Position numbers and translations under genes: made by a program
Shown: piece after piece, positions 1 to 7,683 of the stretch
How positions within the stretch are numbered: the stretch's first letter is position 1
Layout of the letters: every line of letters begins with the position of its first letter
Notes under the pieces: generated by a model
Databases searched by the model: none
What the model was told of the DNA's origin: nothing
The model's input: the letters and a program-made list of their open reading frames with translations, nothing else
Source of the DNA: an uncultured Dictyoglomota bacterium
GTDB taxonomy: Bacteria; Dictyoglomota; Dictyoglomia; Dictyoglomales; Dictyoglomaceae
NCBI GenBank assembly: GCA_964654465.1
Contig: CAZZIO010000008.1
Span: 1 to 17,359 of the forward strand
Direction: 5' to 3'
Length of the DNA stretch: 17,359 nt

Positions 1-128
1 GACATTCTTATTGATGGTATGCCAAGTCTTTCAATGGGTTTTGTGTGCCAGAAATCAAGTCCAGAGCATAAAGAGGCTTTTTCTTCAAGAGTCATCTGTG
101 AGATAAGTTTTTTTATATCCCTCTCCAT
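1..128 (-). CDS. bglB: GH3 beta-glucosidase, N-terminal fragment (runs off the left edge)
   Basis: Not in the ORF track. Manual translation from ATG at 128 gives [42 protein letters not shown], the typical GH3 BglB N-terminus (MTLEEKA.LCSG.DFW.T...ERLGIP). SD GGGAGGT at 136-142. It lies downstream of a beta-glucoside ABC operon, as in Thermotoga. Confidence 0.9.
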   Translation of the reverse strand, partial: MERDIKKLISQMTLEEKASLCSGLDFWHTKPIERLGIPSIRM

Positions 129-159
129 TTAATATACCTCCCTAACAAATTATATTTAT

Positions 160-190
160 AGTATATCATGAAAATTTCACGTTGGTACTA
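160..190 (-). promoter_or_regulatory. Putative sigma70 promoter (extended -10) and operator for the GH3 gene
   Basis: TGaTATACT on the minus strand at 160-168. Dyad TGAAA-A-TTTCA at 169-179. 172-190 (AAATTTCACGTTGGTACTA) matches the palindrome at 6080-6098 at 13/19 positions. Confidence 0.45.
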
Positions 191-249
191 ATAAAATAAT
201 TAAAAGGTAATTTTATAAAAGGGGATTAGGTAACGTGGATAATATTAAT

Positions 250-283
250 AAAAAAATAAAAGGGGAGAGAAAGCCTCTCCCCT
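250..283 (-). terminator. Rho-independent terminator of the ABC operon
   Basis: 9-bp stem AGGGGAGAG (261-269) / CTCTCCCCT (275-283), 5-nt loop, followed on the minus strand by TTTATTTTTTT. Overlaps the stop codon of the last ATPase gene. Confidence 0.85.
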
Positions 284-1106
284 ATGCTCTTTTTTCCAGT
301 TCTCCAATATCTTCCCACTTCTTATATAGGGTTGGTATACTTCCAATTAGGTTCTTTGTATAATCGTGTTTTGGAGATGAAATTATTTCATCAGGTGTTC
401 CTTCTTCTACTATTTCACCCTTATACATTATGAAGATTCTATTTGATATATAATAAGCAAGTCCCATATCATGGGTAATAAATATAATAGAAGTTCCTGT
501 TTCATCCCTTAATCTTTCAAATAGCTTTATTATACCACCACGAGTTGATGCATCAATCATGGATACAGGTTCATCAGCTATAATTAATGATGGTCTTAAA
601 ATCCAGCATCTTGCAATCATTATTCTTTGTTTTTCTCCTCCAGAAAGCTGGTGAGGATATTTTCCAAGAATGTTTTTGGGCTCTAAACCTACATTTACTA
701 ATGCTTCTTCGATTAGTTCCTTAGATCTTTCATTTTTGGGATCTATACCTATTAAATTTAAGGCTTGATGTAGTATTCTATCAATAGGATAAAATTGATT
801 ATAACTGGCAAAAGGGTCTTGGAATACTGCATGTACTTTTCTATAATAGTTTTTCTTGTCTTCCACTGTCTTTATATCTTTCCAAACATTTATACCATCC
901 ACAATAATATCTCCAGAGGTTGGTTTTTCAAGCCTTAATATCATCTTTGCAGTAGTAGTTTTACCAGAGCCGCTTTCTCCTACAAGAGATACTATCTCTC
1001 CCTTTTCTACTGTAAAATTAATACCTTTCACTGCATGTATATGTCTTCTTACAAAAAGACCCACTTCATATATTTTATTTAAATTCTTAACTTCTAAAAG
1101 TGCCAT
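282..1106 (-). CDS. Opp/Dpp-family ABC transporter ATP-binding subunit (OppF/BglL-like)
   Basis: Walker A GESGSGKT, signature LSGGEKQR, Walker B IIADEP, H-loop FITHD, C-terminal PKHDYTK motif. Confidence 0.92.
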   Translation of the reverse strand: MALLEVKNLNKIYEVGLFVRRHIHAVKGINFTVEKGEIVSLVGESGSGKTTTAKMILRLEKPTSGDIIVDGINVWKDIKTVEDKKNYYRKVHAVFQDPFASYNQFYPIDRILHQALNLIGIDPKNERSKELIEEALVNVGLEPKNILGKYPHQLSGGEKQRIMIARCWILRPSLIIADEPVSMIDASTRGGIIKLFERLRDETGTSIIFITHDMGLAYYISNRIFIMYKGEIVEEGTPDEIISSPKHDYTKNLIGSIPTLYKKWEDIGELEKRA

Positions 1107-1117
1107 TTTATCTCACC

Positions 1118-2113
1118 TCATTTATTAAATAGAAAACATGCTACTTCTCTATTTGTATCTATCTTTATAAGAGGAGGCTCCTCTTTTTCACATATTGGCA
1201 TCTTATTAGGACATCTGGTATTGAATCTGCAACCCATAGGTGGATTAGCAAGATCTGGGGGTGTACCTGGAATGAAAGATATACCACGTTTCTTTACTTC
1301 TGGCTCTGGAGTTACAACTGACATAAGTAGACCCTTTGTGTAAGGATGTAGAGGTTCTTTTACTATGTCATCAGTAGGGCTATTTTCAACAATTTTTCCT
1401 GCATACATAACCACCATTCTTGTGGCAATCTGTCTTACAGTAGCAATATCATGGGTTATAAATACTATAGACTCTACAATTTCTCTTACTCTTAATTGTT
1501 CAAGGGTTTTCAATACTAATTTTTGATTTGCCACATCAAGGGCGGATGTAGGCTCATCACATATAAGAAGTCTTGGATTTAAGAGAGTAGCAATAGCTAT
1601 TACTGCTCTTTGTCTCATACCACCAGAAAGTTCAAAAGGATATCTATATATATCGTTAGGGCTTATTCCTACATCGGTAAATCTTTGTTTAGCCCTTTCA
1701 ACGATTTCTTCCTCATTTAAGGCTCTTTCAAAATGATCTTTTACCAAGTCAGAGATGAAATCTCTTATTTTTTTTGTTGGCATAAGGGCATTCATTGCTG
1801 ATTGAGGAATAATGGAGGTTTCTCTCCCCCATATAATTTTTTGTAGCTCCTGTCTTGACATATTATTTAGCTCTAAGAAGTTTGCTCCCACATTTAATGT
1901 TACTTTTCCGTCAATAAAAGTTAATGGTTTTTTGATATTCATTATCATAACGTTTGATAGAGTAGATTTTCCAGAACCACTTTCACCTACAATTCCTACT
2001 GTTTCTCCTTTATAAACATTTAATGTTACTCCATCTACTGCCTTTACATAATATTCTCCTCTCGCATAGTATGCTTTTACATTATCTAAGCTTATTATTA
2101 ATGTTCCTTTCAT
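1118..2113 (-). CDS. Opp/Dpp-family ABC transporter ATP-binding subunit (OppD/BglK-like) with C-terminal Cys-rich oligo_HPY domain
   Basis: GESGSGKS, LSGGMRQR, ICDEPT, HPYT and GCRF..RC...C...AC motifs. ATG at 2113 is preferred over the track's GTG at 2122, which is part of the SD GAGGTGA overlapping the upstream stop. Confidence 0.92.
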   Translation of the reverse strand: MKGTLIISLDNVKAYYARGEYYVKAVDGVTLNVYKGETVGIVGESGSGKSTLSNVMIMNIKKPLTFIDGKVTLNVGANFLELNNMSRQELQKIIWGRETSIIPQSAMNALMPTKKIRDFISDLVKDHFERALNEEEIVERAKQRFTDVGISPNDIYRYPFELSGGMRQRAVIAIATLLNPRLLICDEPTSALDVANQKLVLKTLEQLRVREIVESIVFITHDIATVRQIATRMVVMYAGKIVENSPTDDIVKEPLHPYTKGLLMSVVTPEPEVKKRGISFIPGTPPDLANPPMGCRFNTRCPNKMPICEKEEPPLIKIDTNREVACFLFNK

Positions 2114-2118
2114 TTCTA

Positions 2119-2961
2119 TCACCTCTCTCTTAGCTTTGGATTAAATACTTCATCCATTGCTGTGGTTATTATTAGAAGAGAGGAAGTAAGAAGAACTATG
2201 ACAACACCAGGAGGGATAAACCACCACCATAATCCCCTTCTTACTGCTTCCATAAGTACTGCCCATTGTAGTACAACGCCAAGGGTTACTCCCTTTGTTG
2301 GTCCTAAGCCAATTAAACTTAATCCTGCTTCACCTAAAATACCACCATTAATAAAGAGTATAAAAGCCATAAAGGCATAGGTAGCTATTGCAGGAATTAG
2401 GTCTTCAATTGCAAGTCTGAAGTCGCTATATCCAGCAAGTCTTGAAAGATATACATATTCTCTATTTATCAAACTCATAAGTTGAGCTCTAATTGCTCTT
2501 GCAAACCATGGCCATGTAAGAACTCCTAAGATTACTGCTATGACTTCTAAGCTTCTAATTCTTAGGTAACTTGCAATTAATATGGCAAGAAGAATGCTTG
2601 GTATGGTTAGTACAATATTTGTAAAGGACATTAAAAGCTCATCTACTATTCCACCTTTCATTGCTGAGAAGATTCCTACTAATAAACCTATGATCATTGA
2701 GATAATAGCAACTAAGAATCCGATATAGAGTGAAGATCTAGTACCATTTAGAAGTTTAGCTAATAGGTCTCCCCCATAAGTATCTGTTCCTAAGGGATAA
2801 TCTTTACTTGGTGGTTGTTCTGGCATTCCTGCAAAGGAAGTGGGATCTTTGGGATAGACCACTGGTCCTATTAAAGCCATAAGAACTATTAATAGGAATA
2901 TGGTCAATCCAACAATAAATTTGGGATTTTTAAATAAAGGTCTTATCATTTGTTTCCACAT
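2119..2961 (-). CDS. Opp/Dpp-family ABC permease (OppC/BglG-like)
   Basis: PLGTD..G.DL N-terminal motif, about 6 hydrophobic segments, EAA-like loop (REYVYLSRLAG), C-terminal NPKLR. Confidence 0.92.
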   Translation of the reverse strand: MWKQMIRPLFKNPKFIVGLTIFLLIVLMALIGPVVYPKDPTSFAGMPEQPPSKDYPLGTDTYGGDLLAKLLNGTRSSLYIGFLVAIISMIIGLLVGIFSAMKGGIVDELLMSFTNIVLTIPSILLAILIASYLRIRSLEVIAVILGVLTWPWFARAIRAQLMSLINREYVYLSRLAGYSDFRLAIEDLIPAIATYAFMAFILFINGGILGEAGLSLIGLGPTKGVTLGVVLQWAVLMEAVRRGLWWWFIPPGVVIVLLTSSLLIITTAMDEVFNPKLRER

Positions 2962-2962
2962 T

Positions 2963-3994
2963 TTAGCTTCCCTCTCCTTGTCCTAATCTTATTCTTGGAT
3001 CTACAATGGCATAAACAAAATCAACAATAAAGTTGGCTAAATAAACAGCAACTATTAAGATTACAAATATGGCCTGTATTAAGGGGTAATCTAAGGTGCT
3101 CAATGCCCTAAATAGTATATATCCAGTACCGGGATAGTTGAAAATTAACTCTGTAATTAAAGCACCGCCAAGGGCAGAACCTAAGTTTAAAGCAAGACCT
3201 GTTATTTGGGGTAAGAGTATATTTCTGAAAACGTATTTAAAAACTGTGGAATCTCTCATTCCTAAGTTTACAGCAAAAACGGTATAATCTGCATCAAGTT
3301 CATAAATAACAAGAAGTCTTGTACCAATGGCCCATCCCCCTATAGCTGCAATTACTATAGAGAGAAAAGGTAGTATATAGTGATGAAGAACATCTAATAT
3401 AAATTTGATATTTAGACTTGGGATTATTCCTTGAGAATATCCTCCTTGGTTCGGAAATATATTTAGTTTTACTGCAAAAGTATAAATAAGTAACATACCT
3501 AACCAATAGTAAGGTATTTGGCTAATTACAAGAGAAGAATTTAGGACTATATTATCTATCCATGTACCTCTCTTATTTCCGGCTACTGCTCCTAAGGTAT
3601 TTCCAATTATCCAGGCTGTAAGGGTGGCTGGTATAAGTAAAAATAAAGTCCAAGGAATAAAAGGTGCTAATACATCAAGACATTTTTTAGGATAATAATG
3701 AATAGAAGTTCCAAGATTTCCTGTAAAAAGTCTTCCTATGAATCTTAAATATTGTATTATTATAGGTTTGTCTATATCAAATTCTTCCATAAGAGCTTTA
3801 TGTACATTTGATACGGTTTCTGGATTGGCTGCACCCTGTACAGCTATACGTTGAAGAAGGGTGGCAAGAGGATTTCCAGGGATTGCCCTTGGTAGTATGA
3901 AGATTATGGTTATGGCAACGAGATATGTTAGTACTAAGAAGAAAAGCCTTCTTCCTATATATTTTAAGAAAGGTTTTAAGGCTGATTTTGGCAT
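2963..3994 (-). CDS. Opp/Dpp-family ABC permease (OppB/BglF-like)
   Basis: PRAIPGNP, QY..F...LF.G.LG.S, ITELIFNYPG.G, DYPLIQ and C-terminal DPRIR motifs. SD AAGGAGG at 4006-4012. Confidence 0.92.
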   Translation of the reverse strand: MPKSALKPFLKYIGRRLFFLVLTYLVAITIIFILPRAIPGNPLATLLQRIAVQGAANPETVSNVHKALMEEFDIDKPIIIQYLRFIGRLFTGNLGTSIHYYPKKCLDVLAPFIPWTLFLLIPATLTAWIIGNTLGAVAGNKRGTWIDNIVLNSSLVISQIPYYWLGMLLIYTFAVKLNIFPNQGGYSQGIIPSLNIKFILDVLHHYILPFLSIVIAAIGGWAIGTRLLVIYELDADYTVFAVNLGMRDSTVFKYVFRNILLPQITGLALNLGSALGGALITELIFNYPGTGYILFRALSTLDYPLIQAIFVILIVAVYLANFIVDFVYAIVDPRIRLGQGEGS

Positions 3995-4047
3995 TTATTT
4001 ATAAGCCTCCTTTTGTATTGTTGTGTTTACCTATTGCATTTTTTAAT

Positions 4048-4080
4048 CAAAATATACCCCCCGGAATCTAATCCGGGGGG
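4048..4080 (-). terminator. GC-rich intercistronic stem-loop after the binding-protein gene (leaky terminator or 3' stabiliser)
   Basis: CCCCCCGGA (4057-4065) / TCCGGGGGG (4072-4080), 6-nt loop, followed on the minus strand by an imperfect U-tract TATATTTTG. Confidence 0.7.
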
Positions 4081-4103
4081 ATATGTTTCGTTATTAACCT
4101 TTA

Positions 4104-4123
4104 GGACCTTAGAGCATGATCCA
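4104..4123. repeat. Left copy of a 20-bp inverted repeat flanking the binding-protein gene (3' UTR copy)
   Basis: GGACCTTAGAGCATGATCCA is 19/20 identical to the reverse complement of 6013-6032 (GGACCTTAGAGCATGGTCCA). Confidence 0.9.
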
Positions 4124-4141
4124 TTTTGCTTTCCTAAATTA

Positions 4142-5977
4142 TTACTTGGCTTTTGCTTTTGCTAAGGCATTGAGTATATCGTTGGTTGGTATCAAGAGTC
4201 CGCCTTTTGCTTTAAATTCTACCCATGTAGGAACTTTGGGTGTTTGACCTTTTGGTGCAATACCAAAGAGAACAGGAAGTGCATATCCACTCCATGGAGC
4301 AGCTGGGAACCACCATGGTTTTTCTGCATTAGGCCATCCTGTCCATACTGTTTCGTTGTATTCATACCAGTGGGCACCATAGAAGAGAGGTATAGCAGGA
4401 AGGTCTCTGTAAATAATTCTTTGTATCTGGTAGAATAATGTCTTCTTTACTTTTGGATCAAGAGTTGCTGCAATCTTATCTAAGAGTTTTCCTACTTCTG
4501 GATTGTTATATCTTTCAAAGTTACCATATTGATCCTGACCAAATGGCTTATAGAGTGCTGGATCAAGTACTAATCTGTAGACGTTCCATGGATGATCAAA
4601 TCCGGGGCCAGCAGACCATCCAAGTATGAAATCAAATGTTCCTTGTGTCCATCTTGTCCACCATACAGAGAAGTCTGGGAATTCAGTCTTTACATCAAGT
4701 CCGATTGCTCTCATATTTGCTGCCATCATTTCACACATCATCATCCAGTCGGTCCAACCATTTGGAACTTGGATGGTGAAGGTACCCATTCTCTTTCCAT
4801 CTGGGCTAATTCTTATTCCATCTTTTCCTTTCTTGTATCCTGCCTTATCAAGTATCTCGTTTGCTTTCTTAAGATCAGTCTTAGGTTTTCCATCTGGAGA
4901 ACCCCAGTAATATCTTGCATATGCATGATCAATGTATTCATGATATGCTTCAAAGTCATCTATTACCATTGATGGATGGGCTTGGTTACCGTAGCCAAAG
5001 TATGCTTTATCAAGCATTTCTTTGTATGGAATAGCGTAGGCAATAGCTTTTCTTACAGCAGGATCTTTAAGAAGTGGGTTGTAGTAGCTTATGTAGAGTA
5101 AATCAAGTCCATCTGGCATGAAGTATGGTTTATCTTTGAACCATGTACCAATTGGGAGTTTCTTGGTTTTCCAGAGAGAGCTTACATCTGGTATAAATAC
5201 TCCTGCCCAATCAGCATTTCCTTTCTCAAAGTCTAAGTTTGCAACTGCGTTATCTCTATAAATCACGTTGGCAATATATTTTGGTACAGGAAGTCCAAAT
5301 ACAGATTTACCCCACCAATCATCAATCCTTCCGTATACAACGATGTTAGGATCTGTGTAGTAGAGTTTATATGGTCCAGATACTACTTGTTTGGCTGGAT
5401 CATCGTTTTGGAAGTCTTTTACAGCTTGAACGCCTTTCTTTAAAAGTGGTTCATATACGTGTTTAGGAACGATTCTTGTTGTTAATGCATAACCTAAGAA
5501 AGATGCATAGTTTTGAGCATCTGGTCTCATTACAAATTCTACAGTTTTATTATCTACTGCTTTTACAGATTTAATGTAATCCCACCAACCATTACCAGGA
5601 CCAAATCCTACTTCCTTTGTACAATTAAAAGTGAACTCAACATCTTGAGCTGTAATTGGTGTACCATCACTCCATTTTGCAATATCTCTAATCTTTACTC
5701 TTAATGTGGTTTTATTTACTGCTGTGAATGACTCAGCAATAACTGGTAACCATCCGTCTTTCATGTTGCTGTAGATAAAGAGTGGTAAGTACATGAAATG
5801 TTCTGTTCCATAGGTTGCTGAGGGTGCATATAAGCTATAAGTAGTTGCTGACCAAAGAGCTCCAACAGTATATACAGTCTCATTACGTGGTAAAGAAACT
5901 TGACCTAAGGTAGAAGGTACAAACAAAAGTGTTAAAAGTAAAACTGTTAAAAGTACCCCTAAAACCTTACCCCTCAT
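4142..5977 (-). CDS. bglE: Family 5 (OppA-like) solute-binding protein for beta-glucosides/cello-oligosaccharides (T. maritima BglE/TM0031-like)
   Basis: Cleavable signal peptide without lipobox. Mature start QVSLPR..TVY..GALW, KWSDG.PITA.DV, VVSGPYKLYY.DPNIVVY, VP.GWTDWMMMCEM and AHWYEY match my recollection of the Thermotoga cellobiose-binding protein. SD AGGAGG at 5985-5990. Confidence 0.85.
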   Translation of the reverse strand: MRGKVLGVLLTVLLLTLLFVPSTLGQVSLPRNETVYTVGALWSATTYSLYAPSATYGTEHFMYLPLFIYSNMKDGWLPVIAESFTAVNKTTLRVKIRDIAKWSDGTPITAQDVEFTFNCTKEVGFGPGNGWWDYIKSVKAVDNKTVEFVMRPDAQNYASFLGYALTTRIVPKHVYEPLLKKGVQAVKDFQNDDPAKQVVSGPYKLYYTDPNIVVYGRIDDWWGKSVFGLPVPKYIANVIYRDNAVANLDFEKGNADWAGVFIPDVSSLWKTKKLPIGTWFKDKPYFMPDGLDLLYISYYNPLLKDPAVRKAIAYAIPYKEMLDKAYFGYGNQAHPSMVIDDFEAYHEYIDHAYARYYWGSPDGKPKTDLKKANEILDKAGYKKGKDGIRISPDGKRMGTFTIQVPNGWTDWMMMCEMMAANMRAIGLDVKTEFPDFSVWWTRWTQGTFDFILGWSAGPGFDHPWNVYRLVLDPALYKPFGQDQYGNFERYNNPEVGKLLDKIAATLDPKVKKTLFYQIQRIIYRDLPAIPLFYGAHWYEYNETVWTGWPNAEKPWWFPAAPWSGYALPVLFGIAPKGQTPKVPTWVEFKAKGGLLIPTNDILNALAKAKAK

Positions 5978-6012
5978 CTTTACACCTCCTATATTTGGGG
6001 TAAATTAGATCT

Positions 6013-6032
6013 TGGACCATGCTCTAAGGTCC
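6013..6032. repeat. Right copy of the 20-bp inverted repeat (5' UTR copy)
   Basis: TGGACCATGCTCTAAGGTCC, itself a GGACC-N9-GGTCC dyad and the reverse complement of 4104-4123 with one mismatch. Confidence 0.9.
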
Positions 6033-6045
6033 CTTTGTGTTTAAA

Positions 6046-6074
6046 ATAATATCATATAGAAACAATCTTGTAAA
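6046..6074 (-). promoter_or_regulatory. Sigma70 promoter of the ABC operon
   Basis: -35 TTTACA (6074-6069), 17-bp spacer, extended -10 TGaTATTAT (6054-6046). Predicted TSS about 6038-6040. Confidence 0.65.
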
Positions 6075-6079
6075 GGGGG

Positions 6080-6098
6080 TAATTTCATTTTGAAATTA
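6080..6098. promoter_or_regulatory. Palindromic operator candidate upstream of the ABC operon promoter
   Basis: TAATTTCA-TTT-TGAAATTA, perfect 8-bp arms, 5 bp upstream of the -35 box. Confidence 0.6.
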
Positions 6099-6138
6099 TT
6101 AAAAAATTTTAACAAAAATTGTAAGAAAAATACTAAAG

Positions 6139-7599
6139 TTAGAGTTGGGGTACTTCTATGAAATTTATTTTATTTTCTGAAATATACTTTATAAGGAAAT
6201 AAAAAGGATTTTTAGGAATAATACCATTTATATCCTTCCAAAATATAAATATATTAGTACCATGATTAGGTACATTGAAAAAGGCTAGACAAGGCTTTCT
6301 ATCCTTATTTTCCCATATTTCTACTGCTTTATTAATGGCATATCTGCTCATTTCTTGCATAAGATCTACTCCACATCCAACTGGTGGATAATTTTCTATA
6401 TCTACTGGTACTTCTATGAATTCATCATTAAAAGAATGAATTTTATATCCTCTATGAAGATGAACAATTCCTCTTATAGGAGGCATATATTTCCCTTTTT
6501 CATCATATGAATAACCATTTTCTACCTTTTTAATTTTTATCTTTTTATCATGTTCCCATAATGGTATAACAAATTCTTCTGCTTCTACAGAGGGTCCTAA
6601 GGTTTCTTCGCCTTCCTTTTTTATTACTCCAATTCTTCTTTCTTCTATAGGAATGACAAAAGCTATGTCCTTAGAGGTAAGATTACTCTTTATAGTGCCA
6701 TATTTTCCTGAACATGTTACTGCAAAAACACCATTATATATATCAGGCTCATAAGCCATGAAAGCTCCTTCAGCCTGTCTTGAGTAATTGATTAATCTAG
6801 TAATAAATTTATATAATTTTTCGTCTTTTATTAGATTTTTTATCTCTACAGGAGAAGAAAGTAATCCTTTTTCTCCTAAGAATTTTCCAAGTTCAATCAC
6901 ACTATTTAAAACTATTGATTTTTGCCATACTTCTTTTGGAATTTCTATATTTTCTATTTCTTTCCAACCACCCACCTCTTTACATGAACCAAAAACCATA
7001 AGTCTTTTGGCAATTTCATTTAAAGAAAGGGATGGATGTCCTCCTTCTAAGGTTCCTAAGATAATTTTGTTATCTTTTATTTTATTTTCTTTTATCGGAA
7101 CTATTATATTTTTAAAGGCTCCTAATTTTGCCATAAGGAATCTTATAAAAAGCACCTTTGTGGAGGATTTAATATGATGAATGTCTATATTATCTTCCAT
7201 GAATATCATATTTATAAAATTGGGGTGAAGCTCTGGATAAATTTGTAGATTTTCACAAATTTTTTTGCCAATTTTTACAGCTAAGGGTTCTACCTCTGGG
7301 AGTTCCTCTCTTAAAAGGTTTATATCCTCTGTATTATTTTTGAGTACATTTTCTACTTTTTCATTTAGGCTAAGATAAACTGGATTAATTATTACTGCAT
7401 AAGTGGAATTTATTGGTTGATGATATTTATCTTTATCCCAAATAATAACCTCGCAATTTGCTTTTTTAAATTCTTCTTCCAAAATTCTATAAATATAATT
7501 TTTTTGATTTTCTATCTCTATTTTCTTCTCAGGTGTCAAGGGAGAGATAAATGTGATTTCATATATAAGAATAAGATAGGGTTTTTTAAACCACCACAT
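6139..7599 (-). CDS. Hypothetical protein with a C-terminal class II aldolase/adducin-like metal-binding domain
   Basis: Ordered motifs EG(A)F, TCSG..(K)SNLT..DI.FV, PSVE, IVHLH, YPP.GCG..L and VPNHG parallel FucA/AraD/MtnB. The N-terminal ~270 aa are not recognised. SD GGGAG at 7607-7611. Confidence 0.6.
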   Translation of the reverse strand: MWWFKKPYLILIYEITFISPLTPEKKIEIENQKNYIYRILEEEFKKANCEVIIWDKDKYHQPINSTYAVIINPVYLSLNEKVENVLKNNTEDINLLREELPEVEPLAVKIGKKICENLQIYPELHPNFINMIFMEDNIDIHHIKSSTKVLFIRFLMAKLGAFKNIIVPIKENKIKDNKIILGTLEGGHPSLSLNEIAKRLMVFGSCKEVGGWKEIENIEIPKEVWQKSIVLNSVIELGKFLGEKGLLSSPVEIKNLIKDEKLYKFITRLINYSRQAEGAFMAYEPDIYNGVFAVTCSGKYGTIKSNLTSKDIAFVIPIEERRIGVIKKEGEETLGPSVEAEEFVIPLWEHDKKIKIKKVENGYSYDEKGKYMPPIRGIVHLHRGYKIHSFNDEFIEVPVDIENYPPVGCGVDLMQEMSRYAINKAVEIWENKDRKPCLAFFNVPNHGTNIFIFWKDINGIIPKNPFYFLIKYISENKINFIEVPQL

Positions 7600-7683
7600 G
7601 TACTTGCTCCCTTTCCCTTTCCTCTTGTATTATTTATATTATTATAATCCTTCAAGATATTATTTTTAAGGAGGAATGATAAA

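Noticed and set aside
175-190. parS-like half site TTTCACGT
   Set aside because: The second arm does not match; better explained as part of the GH3 promoter/operator.
234-242. DnaA-box-like CGTGGATAA (one mismatch to TGTGGATAA)
   Set aside because: Single imperfect copy with no cluster, so not evidence for oriC in this window.
2114-2122. GTG start at 2122 for the OppD-like ATPase as given in the track
   Set aside because: This GTG is within the SD (GAGGTGA) serving ATG 2113.
4101-4124. Mini-ORF MDHALRS* on the minus strand across the 3' repeat copy
   Set aside because: Seven codons with only a weak SD; the complementarity to the 5' UTR explains the sequence better.
4104-6032. Interpretation of the inverted repeats as transposon/IS ends or CRISPR repeats
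   Set aside because: No transposase, no evident target-site duplication and only two copies; the enclosed gene is an integral part of the ABC operon.
7625-7656. Self-complementary ATTATAAT giving -10 boxes on both strands between icd and the 486-aa gene
   Set aside because: Plausible divergent promoters, but no -35 at a valid spacing and the region is very AT-rich, so they could not be placed reliably.
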